A stretch of DNA of 64,000 nucleotides. Origin: the human T2T-CHM13v2.0 reference genome, Homo sapiens. This document shows positions 29,654 to 45,015 of this stretch, piece after piece (the stretch's first letter is position 1; every line of letters begins with the position of its first letter). The notes beneath the pieces were generated by a model, which searched no databases, was not told the origin of the DNA, and saw only the letters and a program-made list of their open reading frames with translations. A program made the position numbers and the translations under genes. The DNA is taken from NCBI RefSeq assembly GCF_009914755.1, contig NC_060927.1. One strand, given 5' to 3'.

Positions 29654-30665
29654 CCCCTTATGCCAAGTAATGTAAAGGACATAAAGTACAAAAATCATCA
29701 TAAAACTGAAAAGAAATAGGCATTACTATCAAACTTATTAACTGAGGAGTACCTAAAATTATAGAACATATTTGCAAAGTAAAATATCCATGCAGTTTTA
29801 CATTGCTAAATGTAAAAGAATACATCTACAAATAAGAAGAACAATACATTGCAAATTAACTCAGAAAATACATCATTAATGGTTTAGCTTTTTAAATGTG
29901 TACAAGTTACAAATATTATTGAGATTCATATATGAATGAACAAAGACATAGATAGTTGCTTTCAATTATTATAAATAGGCCCTTCAACTGTAAACAATTA
30001 AAAAACAAGACAAAATATTTGAGACATAGAATTTTTGGTATTTGACAACAAAGTAGACAGGGTTTTTGTAATTAATAGAAGAAAAACCAAGATAAGACAC
30101 AGTATAATTGACCTGACTTTCTGCCCGAAAGCATTTTCTAGGCCACTTTGCAGGATCATCAAAAGCAGAACACATCAATCTCCCTCACGTGAGATGGTGA
30201 AAGGAATTCAGAAAGGGAAAAGAGGCTAGAAATTATGAGCAGAGTACCAGAATGAGGCTTGAAAAAAATCAAATGGGCATCAGAATATGAATTTCTTTGA
30301 TAAGTCATGTAGGCCCTGTGTGACACTCCAAGTGCCAGGAATGTAATGACTGTGCTGCTGTAAAGTAAAAAATATCCAGAGCTCACAGATGTCAGAGCCT
30401 CTTAAGCTTCAATCAGTCAGATGGATGAATCCGTATTGAACAATGAAGGTATTCAGCGTAGATGGCATAACGGTCAAACTTAGGATTTATATCTAAATTA
30501 GTACTAATGTAAAGAACATTATTAATCTGTTTTAACAAATCATAAAACAAATATCAAAATAAAAATTTTAAAATTGACATATAAGTAACTATAATAACCT
30601 CTAGGAAAAAGACAAAGTACAAATGATCGACCAATGGATTTTACCAATGTCTTTCATACAATGAA

Positions 30666-30771
30666 AGTGAGCCAAGATCGCACCACTGCACTCCAGCCTG
30701 GGCAACAGAGATAGATTACCTCTGGAAAAAAAAAAAAAAAAAAGAAAAAGAAAAAGAAAGAAAAGAAGAAA
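30666..30771 (+). mobile_element. Alu 3'-terminal fragment with A/AAAAG tail
   Basis: agtgagccaagatcgcaccactgcactccagcctgggcaacagag plus poly(A). Confidence 0.9.
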
Positions 30772-32620
30772 TTTAACAAAGAATGTACAAGACTTTTACA
30801 CTTAAAACTATAAAATATTTCTGAAATAAATTCAATTTGTAAATAGAGAGATATTCCTTGCTCATGGATTAGGAAACTAAATATTATTAAGATGGCAATT
30901 ATTTTCAAATTGATATGTTTGCCAAATAAAATATCTATAAAAATGCCAGCAAAGTTTGTTTCAAAATTTGAGAAAATAAATGTAAAATTTATATGAAACT
31001 GAAAGGACCAAGAATATCCAATATTATTATAAAAAAGTTGGAGAATGTACACTTCCTGAATACCAAATTTACTGCAAGCCTACAGAAACCGAGACTGTAT
31101 GATACATGCATAAAGACAGACATACAGATATGTGGAACAGAACTAAGCATTCAGAAATATATGATTATGATATAGGAAATTGATATTGAAAAAAGTTGCC
31201 AAAACAAGTCAATGGAGAAAAGGTAGTCTTTTAAACAAATACATTGAATAATTACATAGCCAACTATTATTTATATATAATTTTATATAGCCATATGAAA
31301 ATATTATTTAAAAACCTCATACAATGCATGAAAATTAATGCAAAATAAATTGTAGGCCAAAGTGCAAAAGTTAGATTATAAAGCTTTTGAAAAAATACAT
31401 AGGAGAAAATCTTGGAGTAAACTAAAAGTTTTCAGCTATAACACAAAAAGCACAATACTATTAGAAAAAAAATATTCTTCATCCTAGTAAATGGAATCTA
31501 CACCTTATATCATACTTAAGGGAGAATGACTTAAATATTTGTTCATGGATTCTGCAAATGGAGTAAAACATTTTCTCTACGATAGTGATTAAGGGATAAA
31601 TTTTCACTCTGTTCATTTCTATTCAACATGTTGTGGAATTCCTTGCCAGTGCTGTAAGACGTGAAAAACAAATATAGTGTATACAACGGAGAAAGGAAAG
31701 GAAACTTGTTTTGAATCACAGGTCATATGATTATGTAAGTAGAAAAAAATTTAAGAAAAGTCTGTGAAGTAATATTTTAAGTTAGCATGACCGCAAGGTA
31801 AATTTAGCATAATTGATTGAATTTCTATATACAAGCAATAGTTGTTTGGAACATAAAAGTAAAAGGCATTTAGGAACAAATTTAACAAAATATGTTGAAT
31901 ACTAAGTACTAAACACTGAATACTAAAAAATACAGAGTATTTCAGATTGAAATTCCATAAGATCAGTCTGAAGACCTAAACAGAGATACACAAATTTCGA
32001 GGAATAGAAGACAAAACATGATTAAGATATCAAATTTTACAGTTAATATGTTGATTCAACATATTCCCAATCAAATTCTACCAGACTTCTTTGGAAATTG
32101 ATAATTGATTCAAAAATGTTTATGAAAATTCATAAAGAACAAATATTCATAAAGAAAGAAAACATGGTAGATTTCACTCCCTGATTTCAGTAATAACTTT
32201 AAAGCTAAGGACAAACATACAAATCAATGAAAGAGTCCAAAACAGACCCAGACATATATGATCAATCGACTCTGACAAAGTTACCACAGTAATTCAGTTG
32301 GGGAATAAAAGTGCTTTCAACAAATGATGCTGAAACAACTAAAAATTTTAATCAACCAATACACATATTGATCTTTAACACATGCCATACCTACAAATTA
32401 ATGACAAATTTATAAAATATCTACATGTAAGTGCTAGAACTCAAATATATCAAAGAGAAAATCTTTGCAGGCTTGAAAATATGCTCCTTTAAAGAGATAT
32501 AAAAAGAATGAACAGAAAGAAAGAATGAACACATTAGACTTCTTATTGAAAGATATTATTAATAAGATAAAAATGCAAGCCTTGGAGAAAAATATGATAC
32601 TCATAACAATAAAAAAGTGT
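30772..32620 (+). mobile_element. Two old L1M ORF2 fragments in tandem (about 30772-31475 and 31560-32620)
   Basis: gctcatggattaggaaact...aagatggcaatt; the homologous ORF2 region recurs, more diverged, near 32000. Confidence 0.75.
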
Positions 32621-34321
32621 CAACTAATTATATATATATTGACACTGAAAAAAGAATAAGACTAACATATTTATGAAATTGGAATTTGCCATTTTATCTG
32701 AACAAGTATAATAATCATGGGCATTACAAACATTTTCTGTAGCAGTAACATAAGGCAGATTGTTCTTCTATGTTTTTCTGAGTTTGTTTTTACTACGTAT
32801 TGTTAATAAATGGAATAGAATCATAGACTCTGAGCACTGGAATGTTATTGATTATAGTCTAGCAGGGAAAATTTTCTTAAAATTAGCAACAAAACAGCAC
32901 TCAGAAAAGTTTTTATCTTTTTGAAGAAATAAATTTGGGACATATACTTTTTGCTTCTACAATTACCTTTTGCCTTTTAACAACACATTATCTTAATACA
33001 AACATATTTTTTTCCTTTCTATAGTCTTAATTATGTAGTGAGTAGTTTAGTCCAATAGAAGTAATTACTACCTTCTTTAAGATGAAAATATTTGTTATAT
33101 TTTATAAGCAGTACCATTTCTTATTCCCTGTATTTTTGTACTGCCCTTCTTCACCCAGATATATGGATGACATTACATTTTGCAAAGGTTGCATTCTTAA
33201 TAATGCCTCTGTTTACAAACACTGATCACCAACAATACAGTTCCATCATTGACAAAGCACATTAATTCCAGGTACATCCATGCCTAAAGGCAGAAAACAT
33301 CATTTCCCACTGGGGTGAAATAGGAAAATGTCAATTACACAAGGTTAGGCTAACACCATATCAGATAATATTTAAAAAGGGTTTCACATACTGTGACCTT
33401 AAACCTGAAATGATAATGATGTGTGGTATGTGAAAGCAAACCTAACCTCTGGAATTATTTAGTCATTTTCGTATTACTAATAAAGTCAAAGGAATGCACT
33501 GTTTAATATCTGTGTGTTGCTACTGAAAAGAGCATAGAAAATAATTATTCACAGGTCTATCTACATTTTCAAAGTGGATTTGTCTTACTCAGTTTTCAGT
33601 ACTGAATATTTTTCATCTTATGTTTGAAAATAAATGAGAACATCTGAACATTCGTTTGGGATAGTACAGAATTAATAATTGTGTCTGTTTGCTGGCACAG
33701 TTTTATGGTTATTGTACTAGCTCTATCTTTAAATTTAATGAAGACAAAGAAACAGTGTTCCTGCTTAACCTCCATTATAACTTTATTCTGCAGTGAAACA
33801 GTTCTGTCAATTTGTAGTAAAAACAAACATAAGCTTCTGAGGAACTTCATCCTGTTTAAAAGTACCCAAGACTAAAAACATAAAAAGCTTAAGTATTGTA
33901 AGTGCATTTTGAAGAAGGGAATTTAAAACATTTCAAAAGAAATAGGTTAACTCAAAATTTTTCTTATCGAAAAACAGAAACTTTAATGCTGTTTGGTTCA
34001 AAATCTGATGGTTTCAGAATAAAACTCACTGAGACACACCCTGGTGCATCAGTAATATTTTACTTTTCACATGTCCAAGCAGTCTCAGAACACAATTAAG
34101 ACCTTCCAGGACCTGTCGTCACAGGTCAGGAACTCAAGTGGGAAAAGGATTGCTGACATCTGTGGTTCAGAGAAAAACAAATCTCAGCAATATGTTATTA
34201 AGTGAATGCTAAAACAAAAGAAGATATGTGAGTTGGAGATTTGGAACCAAAAAAGATTTTGTTACATAATAGTAATATTATTAGTCACAGAAGTATGGGT
34301 GGTCCCTTCTAGAAGGTATTT

Positions 34322-35012
34322 AGATATGTTTATGTTTAACAATGTTTTAGTCAATGACAGACCCTTATGGTCCCTTAATATTATAATACTGCATTTTTAC
34401 TGTATTTTACATTTCTGTTTTGATACCCAAATATTTACCATTATTTAACATTGTCTACAGTACTCAGTACAGTAATATTCTGTACAGGTTTGTAGCTGAG
34501 AAGCAATAGGCTATATTATATAGCCTATTATACAGTGTGTAGTAGACTACACCATGGGTCCCCACTCCCAGGCTGGGGACAAGTACTGGTTCATGGCCTG
34601 TCAGGAAACATGCCACACATCAGGAGGTGAGTGGTGGGTGAGTGAACATTACTGCCTGAGTTCTGCCTTCTGTCAGATCAGCCTGGCATTATCTCCTCCT
34701 AGAACTTCGAACCCTATTGTGAAGCGCGCATGCAATAGATCCAGGGTGTATGCTCCTTATGAGAATCTAACTAATGCCTGACTAAATCATTCCAACCCCA
34801 CCACCCATCACATCCCCCCAGCCTCTGACTGATGTAGAAAATTTGTCTTCCACAAAAGTGGTAAACTGGTCCTTGGTGCCAAAAGGGTTGGGGACCAATG
34901 GGCTAAACCATCTAGATTTGTGTAAGCACACTCTATAAAGTCTGCACAATGACAAATTGCTCAAGGATGCATTTCTCAGAACATATGCCCATTGTTAAGG
35001 GACACATGGCTA
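34322..35012 (+). mobile_element. Tigger3a-like element interrupted by MER1B
   Basis: gtcaatgacagacc...tgtacaggtttgtagc; ends ggatgcatttctcagaacatatgcccattgttaag. Confidence 0.82.
34553..34900 (+). mobile_element. MER1B (hAT-Charlie) MITE
   Basis: TIRs catgggtcccca / tggggaccaatg; ctccttatgagaatctaa; 8-bp TSD gactacac/ggctaaac. Confidence 0.88.
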
Positions 35013-36109
35013 TAGTTAATTTGAACTTGGATTGTTAAGATTTAAATATACATAACTATGATGTTATTGTGAATGCAGACATTTTTCTGGAATAGAGCAA
35101 ATTATAATTCATTTACAACAAAAATTACTTATTTACAGCAAATATTACTTCCCCTTTGCTCCAGTTCTTAGCCCTGAAGTGACGTGGTGAGAACAAGATG
35201 TCATCATATACGTAAGGAGATCTACCGTAGGCAAGGAACATTGAAATGTAATTTTGGTTGGTTTGTTATATAGAAGCAGGACAGCTGTCTTCCCTTGTCT
35301 GCTGAGAGACTAAGAAAAACTTTTGTTCTATAGTATGGCCGCATATTCCTTGGAAATACAGGAAGGAAAGATCTTGAGTTCTTACCCTTCTGAATAAAAT
35401 AAATTTCTTTGGAAGAATATTAAAAACCAGGGTCTTTAGCTTTACAGTGTAGGCATAGCTGCATTCTATGAGGTCTCATTCTTCTTTGGAATGTAAGTAT
35501 ATACTTCTGGAGAAATAATCTCCCTGGAGTTCTTATAATCAATAAAGACATAATTTAACTTACAGGCCTGTATATTAGCCCCTATTCTAAGGTTTAACAA
35601 TATTTGTTTCAATAACCCTAATTATGTAAAACCCCCAAAAAATATTTTCTCTGCAGCTCCTCATGAATGTGAGTCCTGCCATCAGCATTGAACATGGAAG
35701 TATGCAGTGAGCCTTTCACTTGAGAATGGAATGTTTGTATTAAGTTTCACCAGACTCCAATGTAATAGATCATCCTTAGTGTTCTGCATGGATGTTGTTT
35801 TGGGAGCAGTAATTGAAAATCTCATGACAGATCTAATAATAATAATATATAGGTTAAATTCTATCATCTGCTATTTATAGATCTCATGTTCATAAAAGCT
35901 GTTGGCAATGCCTCTGGCCACTTCAGCACAGTTTCTGAATAAATTTTGAACAGTTTATTTTTAATATTACTCACATTATTATTCTCTGATGTCAGTCCAT
36001 TTCAGCTTAAGAGGGCAATAAAGAACTTGATGAATCTTTAGAGTTTTACAATCCTAACTGCGATTTTAATAGAAGACTTTGGAAAGCGTGGTATTCACAG
36101 ATTCGTGAC

Positions 36110-38823
36110 TGCTATGGTTTGAATATGTGTCTCCTCCAAAACTCACATTGTAACTTAATCCCCAACATGGCAGTATTGAGATGAGGGACCATTAAGAGAC
36201 TGGGTCATGATGGCTCTACCCTTATAAATGGTTTTACACACTTAAGGATTAATAGATAACTGGATTAATGGATTAATGGGTTATCACTGGAGTATGACTT
36301 GTGGCTTTATTAAAAAGGGAAGAGAGAAGTGAGCTAGCATGTTCAGCACCCCTCATAATGTGATGATATGTGCCACCCCAGTACTCTGCAGAAAGTCCCC
36401 ACCAGCAAAACACCTCTCAGTAAATATGCTACCTAGACCTTGGAATTCACAGCCTCCATAAACAAATAAATTCATTTTGTAAATAACTTACCCAGTTTCA
36501 GCTTGTATTAGTCCATTTTCATACTGCTATGAAGAAATACCCAAGTCTGGGAAATTTATAAGGAAAAAGTTTAATGGACTCACAGTTCAACATGGCTGGG
36601 GAGGCCTCACAATCATGGTAGAAGGCAAAGGAAGAGCAAAGGCATGTCTTACATGGTGGCAAGCAAGAAAGTGTGTGCAGGGGAACTGCCCTTTATAAAA
36701 CCATCAGATCTTGGGAAATTTGTTCAATAACACAAAACATCATGGGAAATCCTGCCCTATGATTCAATTACCTCCTACTGAGTCCCTCCTATGACATGTG
36801 GGAATTATGGGAGTTACAATTCAAGATGAGATTTGGGTGGGGACACAGCTAAACCATATCATTCTGCCCTCAGCCACTCCCAAATCTCATGTCCTTACAT
36901 TTCAAAACCAATCATGCATTCTTGATAGTCCCCCAACTCTTAACTCATTTCAGCATTAACTCAAAATTACACAGTCCAAAGTGACATCTGAGACAATACA
37001 AGTCCATTCCACCTATGAGCATGTAAAATCAAAAGCAAGTTACTTACTTCCTAGATACAATGGGGGTACAGGCATCAGCTAAGTACACCCATTCCAAATA
37101 GGAAAAATTGCCCAAAGTGAAGGGGCTACAGGCCCCATGCAAGTTCGAAATCCAGTGAGGCAATCAAATCTCAAAGCTCCAACATGATCTCCCTTGATTC
37201 TGTCTCAGGTCCCAGTCACGCTCATGCAAGAGATGAGTTCCCATGGTCTAGGGAAGCTCCACCCCTGTGACTCTTCAGGGCACAGTCCCCCTCTTGGCTA
37301 TTTTCACAGGCTGGCATTGAATGTCTGCAAATTTTCCAGACACACTGTGCAAGCTTTTGGTGGATCTACAATTCTGGTGTCTGGAGGACAGTGGCCCTCT
37401 TCTCACAGCTCCACTAGGCACACAGGCCCAGTAGGCACTCTGTTTGGGGTCTCTCACCCCACATGTCCCTTCCTCACTGCCCTAGCAGAGGTTCTCCATG
37501 AGGACTCTGCCCCTGTAGCATACCTCTGCCTGGACATTCAGGCATTTTCATTTATCCTCTGAAATCTAAGCAGAGGTTCCCACACCTCAATTATTGACTT
37601 CTGTGTACCTGTATGCACAATGCTATGTGTAAACTGCCAAGGCTTGGAGCTTGCACCCTCTAAAGCTATGGCCTGAGCTGTATGTTGGCCCCTTCTAGCC
37701 ATGGATGAGATGCAGGGCACCAATTTCTGTGACTGTACAAAGCAGCAAGGCCCTGGGCCCAGCCAACAAAACCATTTTTCCCTCCTAGGCCCTCTGGCTT
37801 GTGATTGGAGGTTCTGGTATAAGGACATCAGACACGTCCTGGAGACATATTCCGCATTGTCTCGGTGACTAACAATTGGCTCCTTGTTACCTATACAAAT
37901 TTCTTCAGCCAGTTTGAATTTCTCTTCAGAAAATATGATTTTCTCTTCTATCACATCATTGGGCTGCACATTTTCCAAACTTTTATGCTCTGCTTCACTT
38001 TTAAACATAAGTTCCTATTCCAAACCATATCTTTGTGAATAAATAAAACTGAATGCTTTTAAGAGCACACAAGTCACCTCTTGAACACTTTGCTGCTTAG
38101 AAATTTCTTCCAGATACCCTAAATCATCTCTCTCAAATTAAAGTTCCACAGATGGCTAGGGCAGGGGCAAAATGCTGCCAGTTCCTTTGCTAAAGCATAG
38201 CAAGAATCACCTTTGCTCCAGTTCCCAATAAAAGACCACCTCAGCCTGTACTTTGTGGTCAAAACCATTTGACAAATCACTGGGAAGCTCCAAAGTTTCC
38301 CGTATATTCCTGTCTTCTTCTGAGCCCTCCAAACTCCTCCAGCCTCTGCCTGTTACCCAGTTCCAAACTAGCTTCCACATTTTAGGGTATCTTAATAGCA
38401 GTACCCCACTCTACCAGTACTAATTTTCTATATTAGTCCCTTCTCCTACTGCTATGAAGAAATACCCAAGACTGGGTAACTTCTTAAGAAAAATATGTTT
38501 AATGGACTCACAGTTCCACATGGCTCAGGAGTCCTCACATTCATGGTGGAAAGCCAAGAAGGAGCAAAGGCACATCTTACACGGCAGCAAGCTAGAGACC
38601 ATATGCAGGGGAACTGTCATTTGTAAAACCATCAGATCTCATGAGACTTATTCACTATCACAAGGACAACATGGTAAAAACCTGTCCGCATGATTCAATT
38701 ATCTTCTACTGGGTCCCTTCCACTACACATGGGAGTTAAAATTCAAGATGAGTTTTGGGTGGAGACACAGCTAAACCATATCACAGGTATACTGTTATAA
38801 GCAACAGAAAATTGAATAAGACA
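36110..38823 (+). mobile_element. MSTB-type (MSTB2-like) solo LTR split by a THE1 provirus
   Basis: tgctatggtttg start; last about 35 nt resume at 38789; perfect 5-bp TSD gtgac (36105-36109 / 38824-38828). Confidence 0.88.
36504..38783 (-). mobile_element. Full-length THE1C-like MaLR provirus (3' LTR 36504-36861, internal 36862-38428, 5' LTR 38429-38783)
   Basis: Two homologous LTRs ending aaaccatatca on the + strand, about 1.57-kb THE1 internal region, TSD cagct/caggt. Confidence 0.93.
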
Positions 38824-39421
38824 GTGACATTTCAAAGGGAGAAACATGCTAGCTGTGACATATTGCTATTTTGTAAAAATGTGGTTGATTTTGGTCTTTC
38901 AGAAGATTTTCACTGAGAGTATTTAATTATTTGCTTACTTAAAAATATGACATTCATTTATTGACTTTCAGAAATATGTTCACTGCAACAAATTATTTTT
39001 AATTAAATAGATTTTAAACTGGTACTGATATTAATTTTATTACTGCTAGTCAGTCATCTTTATCATTTTTAGGAGTAAAAATTATTATATTTTTTCTCAT
39101 CTGACTCTCTTGCTATTCCATTAGCTAATGTTTCAAGAAAATACATCTAGATATTGCAATCCTTGAAGATAAAATTTCATTAATTAACATGTTTATCAAT
39201 CTCTTTTGTGTATAAGATTTTTGGTTGACTCAACTCTTAGTCCAGTGGCAGCACAGAAATATTTAGAACTCAGTATCACAAATAAAGTGAATGTGAAATG
39301 TACAAGAATAGGGAATTATATATACATAATGCATATTATTTTTGTATAATAATATATATGCATATAATTATGTATATATATTATTTATATATGTAATTAT
39401 ATACACATGTGTGTTTGTGTA

Positions 39422-41736
39422 TATAAAAGTCTCCTTGGGTTGCCATAACAGAATGCCACAGAAGATTGGAGAGCTTAAACAACAAACCTTTATTTCCTTT
39501 CAGCTCTGGAGGTTGCGATTCCAAGGTCGGGATGCCAGCATGGTTGACTTTTGGTGAGTTCTGGTGAGGGTTCTCTTTCTAGGTTGTAGACAGAAGTCTT
39601 CTTGCTATGACCTCACATGGTCTTCCTTGGTGCTTGCATGCAGAGTCAGAGAGTACAAGCTCTCTGTTGTCTCTTCTTATAAGGTTACTGATCATTTCAG
39701 ATCAGGGACTCACCTTTATTATCCAATTTAACCTTAATTATTTTTATGGAGCCATCACCTGCAAACACAGCCCATACTGGGGGCCAGCACTTCAGCATTT
39801 GTATTTGCTGCAGGGGGGAGAAAAACATTCAATTCATAACATTTTGCTCCTGACTCCTCTACCCAAATTTGTGTCTTTTTCATATGCAAAACACATTCCT
39901 TTCACCCCAACAGTCCCCAAAGTCTGAATTCATTCCAAAATAAACTAAAAGTCTGAAGTCCAAAATCTCATCTAAATATCATCTAAAAAAAATGTAGGCA
40001 AGACTTGAGTTATGATTCATCTTGAAGAAAATTCGTGTCTAGCTGTGAACCTGTGAAACCAGACAAGTTATGCGCTTCCAAAATACACTGGCAAGACAAG
40101 CATAGGATAGATATTTACATTCCAAAGGGGATAAATTAGAAGGAAAAATGGGGTTATTGTTCCCAAGCTAGTCCAAAACCTAGCAAGGCAAATTCATTAG
40201 ACCTTAAGTCTTAAAAATAATCTTATTTGATATGATGTCCTGCCTTTGGGCCCACTGTGGTGGTGATCCCTCCTGCCAGACCCACTAGAGTGGGCAGAGG
40301 AAATTTTGTCCTCATGGCTCTGCCAAGTAGTGGCATCACAGTTGACTATGAATGACTCCACATCCCCATATCTGCAGGGCAGTACTTACCCAAGGCTTCT
40401 GGTAGAGACCATGTGGCCTGTTGAAACTAAAGTGATGACTCTGTCCTTTGAAACCAATAAGGTATCCCTGATGATCTCTGAATTGCCTTTATGGTTATTT
40501 ATTTACTTGAATAATAGCCAGTATTATTTTTATTCACAGCCAAATAGCATAGCTCTATTGTCCTGTCTCGTAGAAGCTAGGAAGCCTCTTAGCTTTCCTT
40601 CGTTTTATCAGATCTCTGTCCCCCCAGGTTAAACTTGCAGTGTTTCTATTTGTATAATTCCATAATCTCTATATTGAGTGATAGTTCAGCCACACACTCA
40701 TTCTATTCAGAATGCACTCTCATATTTTTACAATATGGGCAAGCTGAGAATTTTCTAAATCTGAATATTCTGGTTCCTTTTTGCCTAACATTTTTTAATT
40801 GAATTTATCTCTCTACTCTTGCATATTACTATAAACAGTCAGGAGGATCCAAGCAGCTCTTTCAAAACTTTGCTTAAAAATCTCCTCAGTTAAGGATTTA
40901 ATTTTATCACCGGCAAGTGCCATCTTCCAAACAACCACACAAACAAAACAACAAAACGAAGACTTAATTCATTCACATTCTTTGTAACTTTATAACAATG
41001 ATCACCTTTCTTCTACTTTCCAATAATCTGTTTCTTATTTACATTTGAGGCCTCACCAGAATGGCTTTTATTTCTACCAACATCCTGTTTCTGCCGTTAA
41101 TATTTTTAACAAACATTCATATTTCTACCAAAAACCTGTTAATAATTATTTATGTATTACATAAGAAGTTGGAGAACTTTCTTTAAGCTCCTTTGTTTTC
41201 TTTCCCAGCCCTAATAAAAATAGTCTTTAACATCTGCATTTCTACCAACACTCCTTTCACAGCAAGAGCAATCTAGGTTTTTTTTTTTTTTTTTCTGGCA
41301 TGCACTTCCAAACTCCTCCAGCTTCTATCCATTGTACAGTTCCAAAGACACTTTCAAATTTTCAGGTGTTTGTTTTAGCAGCATCCTACTTCTTGGCACT
41401 AAAATATGTATTAGGCTGCCCAAGCCGTCATAACAAAATAGCACAGGCTGGTCCAGCATGGCCAAGTTTTCTCTTGCTGGCTTATAGGTGGTCATCTTCT
41501 CCTTATGTCCACACACAACCTTTCCTCAGTGTGTGCATGTATTTATGTGTGCCGAGAGAGTGGGAGCAAGCAAGCACTCAGTTATCTGCTTATAAGGAAG
41601 TTAATCCTATCATATCAGGGCCCTCCATAAAAATCTCAATTACCTTAGAGGCCTCATCTCCAAATACAGTCACACTGGGGTAATAGGACTTCAAGATATA
41701 AATTGGAGAGAAATCACAAACATTCAGTCCATAACA
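39422..41736 (-). mobile_element. MLT1A-type MaLR provirus (LTRs about 39422-39841 and 41407-41736, internal region between)
   Basis: Both LTRs end aaacattca...cataaca; internal ctgtgaacctgtgaaaccagacaagttatg; right LTR has an internal deletion. Confidence 0.85.
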
Positions 41737-42204
41737 ACACACACGTGTAAGCACACAAACACACATGTGAATATATCCTTAGCAGGATTATTTTCATTTG
41801 TAAAGGGTGAATGAAAAATGCCTAGATATAAATCAAAAGAGATCAGATGAAGTCTTTCAATAGACTTAAAAATACATCCCTTATAAGGTCATATGACTAA
41901 AACAGAAAACATATTTTGGTTAATGCAATATCCTTAAAATATTTTCATGCCAAATGTGGAGATAAAACAAACATTAACAAATCTATATTATATAATGTAT
42001 GATTTTTGTTAAGAAAATATTCAAAATCTAGTCCACAATTTTAAAAGAAATGTGGATTGTTTCTCATTAGGATAAGAAAGCATTTTAGGGAGAAAATAAT
42101 CAAAAGTACAGATGACAAAATAGCTTCTGCTTTGTGATATTATGCATATTAAGTAACAAAAAGGAGAGCCAAGAATCAAAATTAGTTTATTTTATGCAAT
42201 ACTC

Positions 42205-42958
42205 TGCAGGCTACCTAGATTTATTACTGAGTAATAAAGAATTTGGCCTGAGCCCAAACAGAAGTGTAACCTACATCCCTGATTCCTGGGAAGTAACAAC
42301 TAAACACTTAAAATTTTTCACATACTAGGACTGTTTTTGTTGTTTGTGGTGGAACCCTCAAACCACACCTGATAGTTTATGCTGAGTCGCTTTTGGTGGC
42401 TTCTGGGCACACAGAAAGACCAACCACATAATTAGAGGATTGAATTTTGAGCTATATATCAGCCTGACCTCTGAGGGAGGAATAAAGGGGTTAAAGTTGA
42501 ACTAAATTATGCGGGTGATGGTTCAATCAATCATGCCTATATGAAACCACAATAAAACTGGACCCAGAAGCATGAGTAAGCTTCTCTGGTTTACAATAGT
42601 CTTGAGTATTTTCACCCATTGATGCCAGGAGAGTAAAGTATCCCTAAGAATAACAAGTTGCAGATTTGAAACCCTCCCACATTTTTCCTTAGGCATCTCT
42701 TCTTTGGCTGGTTCTAATTTGTATCTTTTGCTATGATAAAACTGTGCTTATAAATACAGCAATTTCTAAATTTTGTGAGTCATTCTATCAAATTACCTAA
42801 CTTGAGAGAATCTGTGGGACCTAAGTTTGTAGCCTGCTGCCCCAAAGTACGATGACCCTGTGGACCTTTCAACTTATATTTGATGTCGGAAGTCTTAACA
42901 AGACTTGGTAGTTCTGGAGAAGTAAATTCTTAACCTGGAGGTTGGTTAATTTTGGACA
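42205..42958 (+). mobile_element. MER21/MER77-group LTR
   Basis: cagaaagaccaaccacataattagagg, caatcaatcatgcctat, tgtgagtcattcta motifs. Confidence 0.7.
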
Positions 42959-43298
42959 ATTTCTAAGGTGGAAGAGTTACTTAAAGATTATTTAACTTAA
43001 AGATTATATATCTGACTTGGCATTCTGATTAGTTATGCTAGTCAAAAATCTTGTTTAAATTTCCTAATTAATGTGTACTTATTTCTTACAGATGGCACCA
43101 TCACTGTCGTCAATGTGTGCTATGGTTTGCCTTATGAGTCAGTTTGGCTAGGCAATAGCCTCTGCTTATTCAATCAAAGGTAAGTCTAGGTATAAAAGTG
43201 AAAGCATTTTGTTGATGTAATTAAAGTTTATACTTGGTTGGCTTTAAGGGTGATTATCCCAGGCACTCTGGTTGGGCCTATTTCAATTAGTTGAAAGG

Positions 43299-44631
<1,333 letters not shown>

Positions 44632-44824
44632 AAAGGTAAAAATAAAAGCAGACCTAAAGCTTTGCTAAGGAAGAAGAAATTGTACCTATGAATAGCAACT
44701 TTAGCTTATGCCTGAGAGTCCAACTTGCTCTTTCATGTGTACTGGCCTGTAGAGTTTGAATTTAATTACGTGTCAGTTGCTTTAGTTTTAAAATAGAGAT
44801 AATAATATTACAACTCACACAAGG

Positions 44825-45015
44825 TGCCTTTATTCCTCTATTTTGTTTTTTCTTTGCATGGCACATACTTCTTCATCCCTTTACTTTGAGGTTGTGCATG
44901 TCATTAAATGTGAGATGGGTCTCTTGATGCCAGCAGATGGTTGGGTCTTGCCTTTTGTTCCAGTTTGCCACTCTACGTCTTTTTAGTGGGGTGTTTAGCC
45001 CATTTACATTCAAAT
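44825..45015 (-). mobile_element. L1 ORF2 endonuclease-start fragment
   Basis: gtgagatgggtctcttga...cagcagatggttgggtcttg...tttagcccatttacattcaa. Confidence 0.8.

Noticed and set aside
32620-34320. Repeat-free stretch with TAAT/ATTA motifs as a conserved enhancer
   Set aside because: Cannot be supported without cross-species alignment; such motifs are common in AT-rich DNA
37194-38008. 122- and 156-aa ORFs
   Set aside because: Broken remnants or antisense frames of the THE1 internal region
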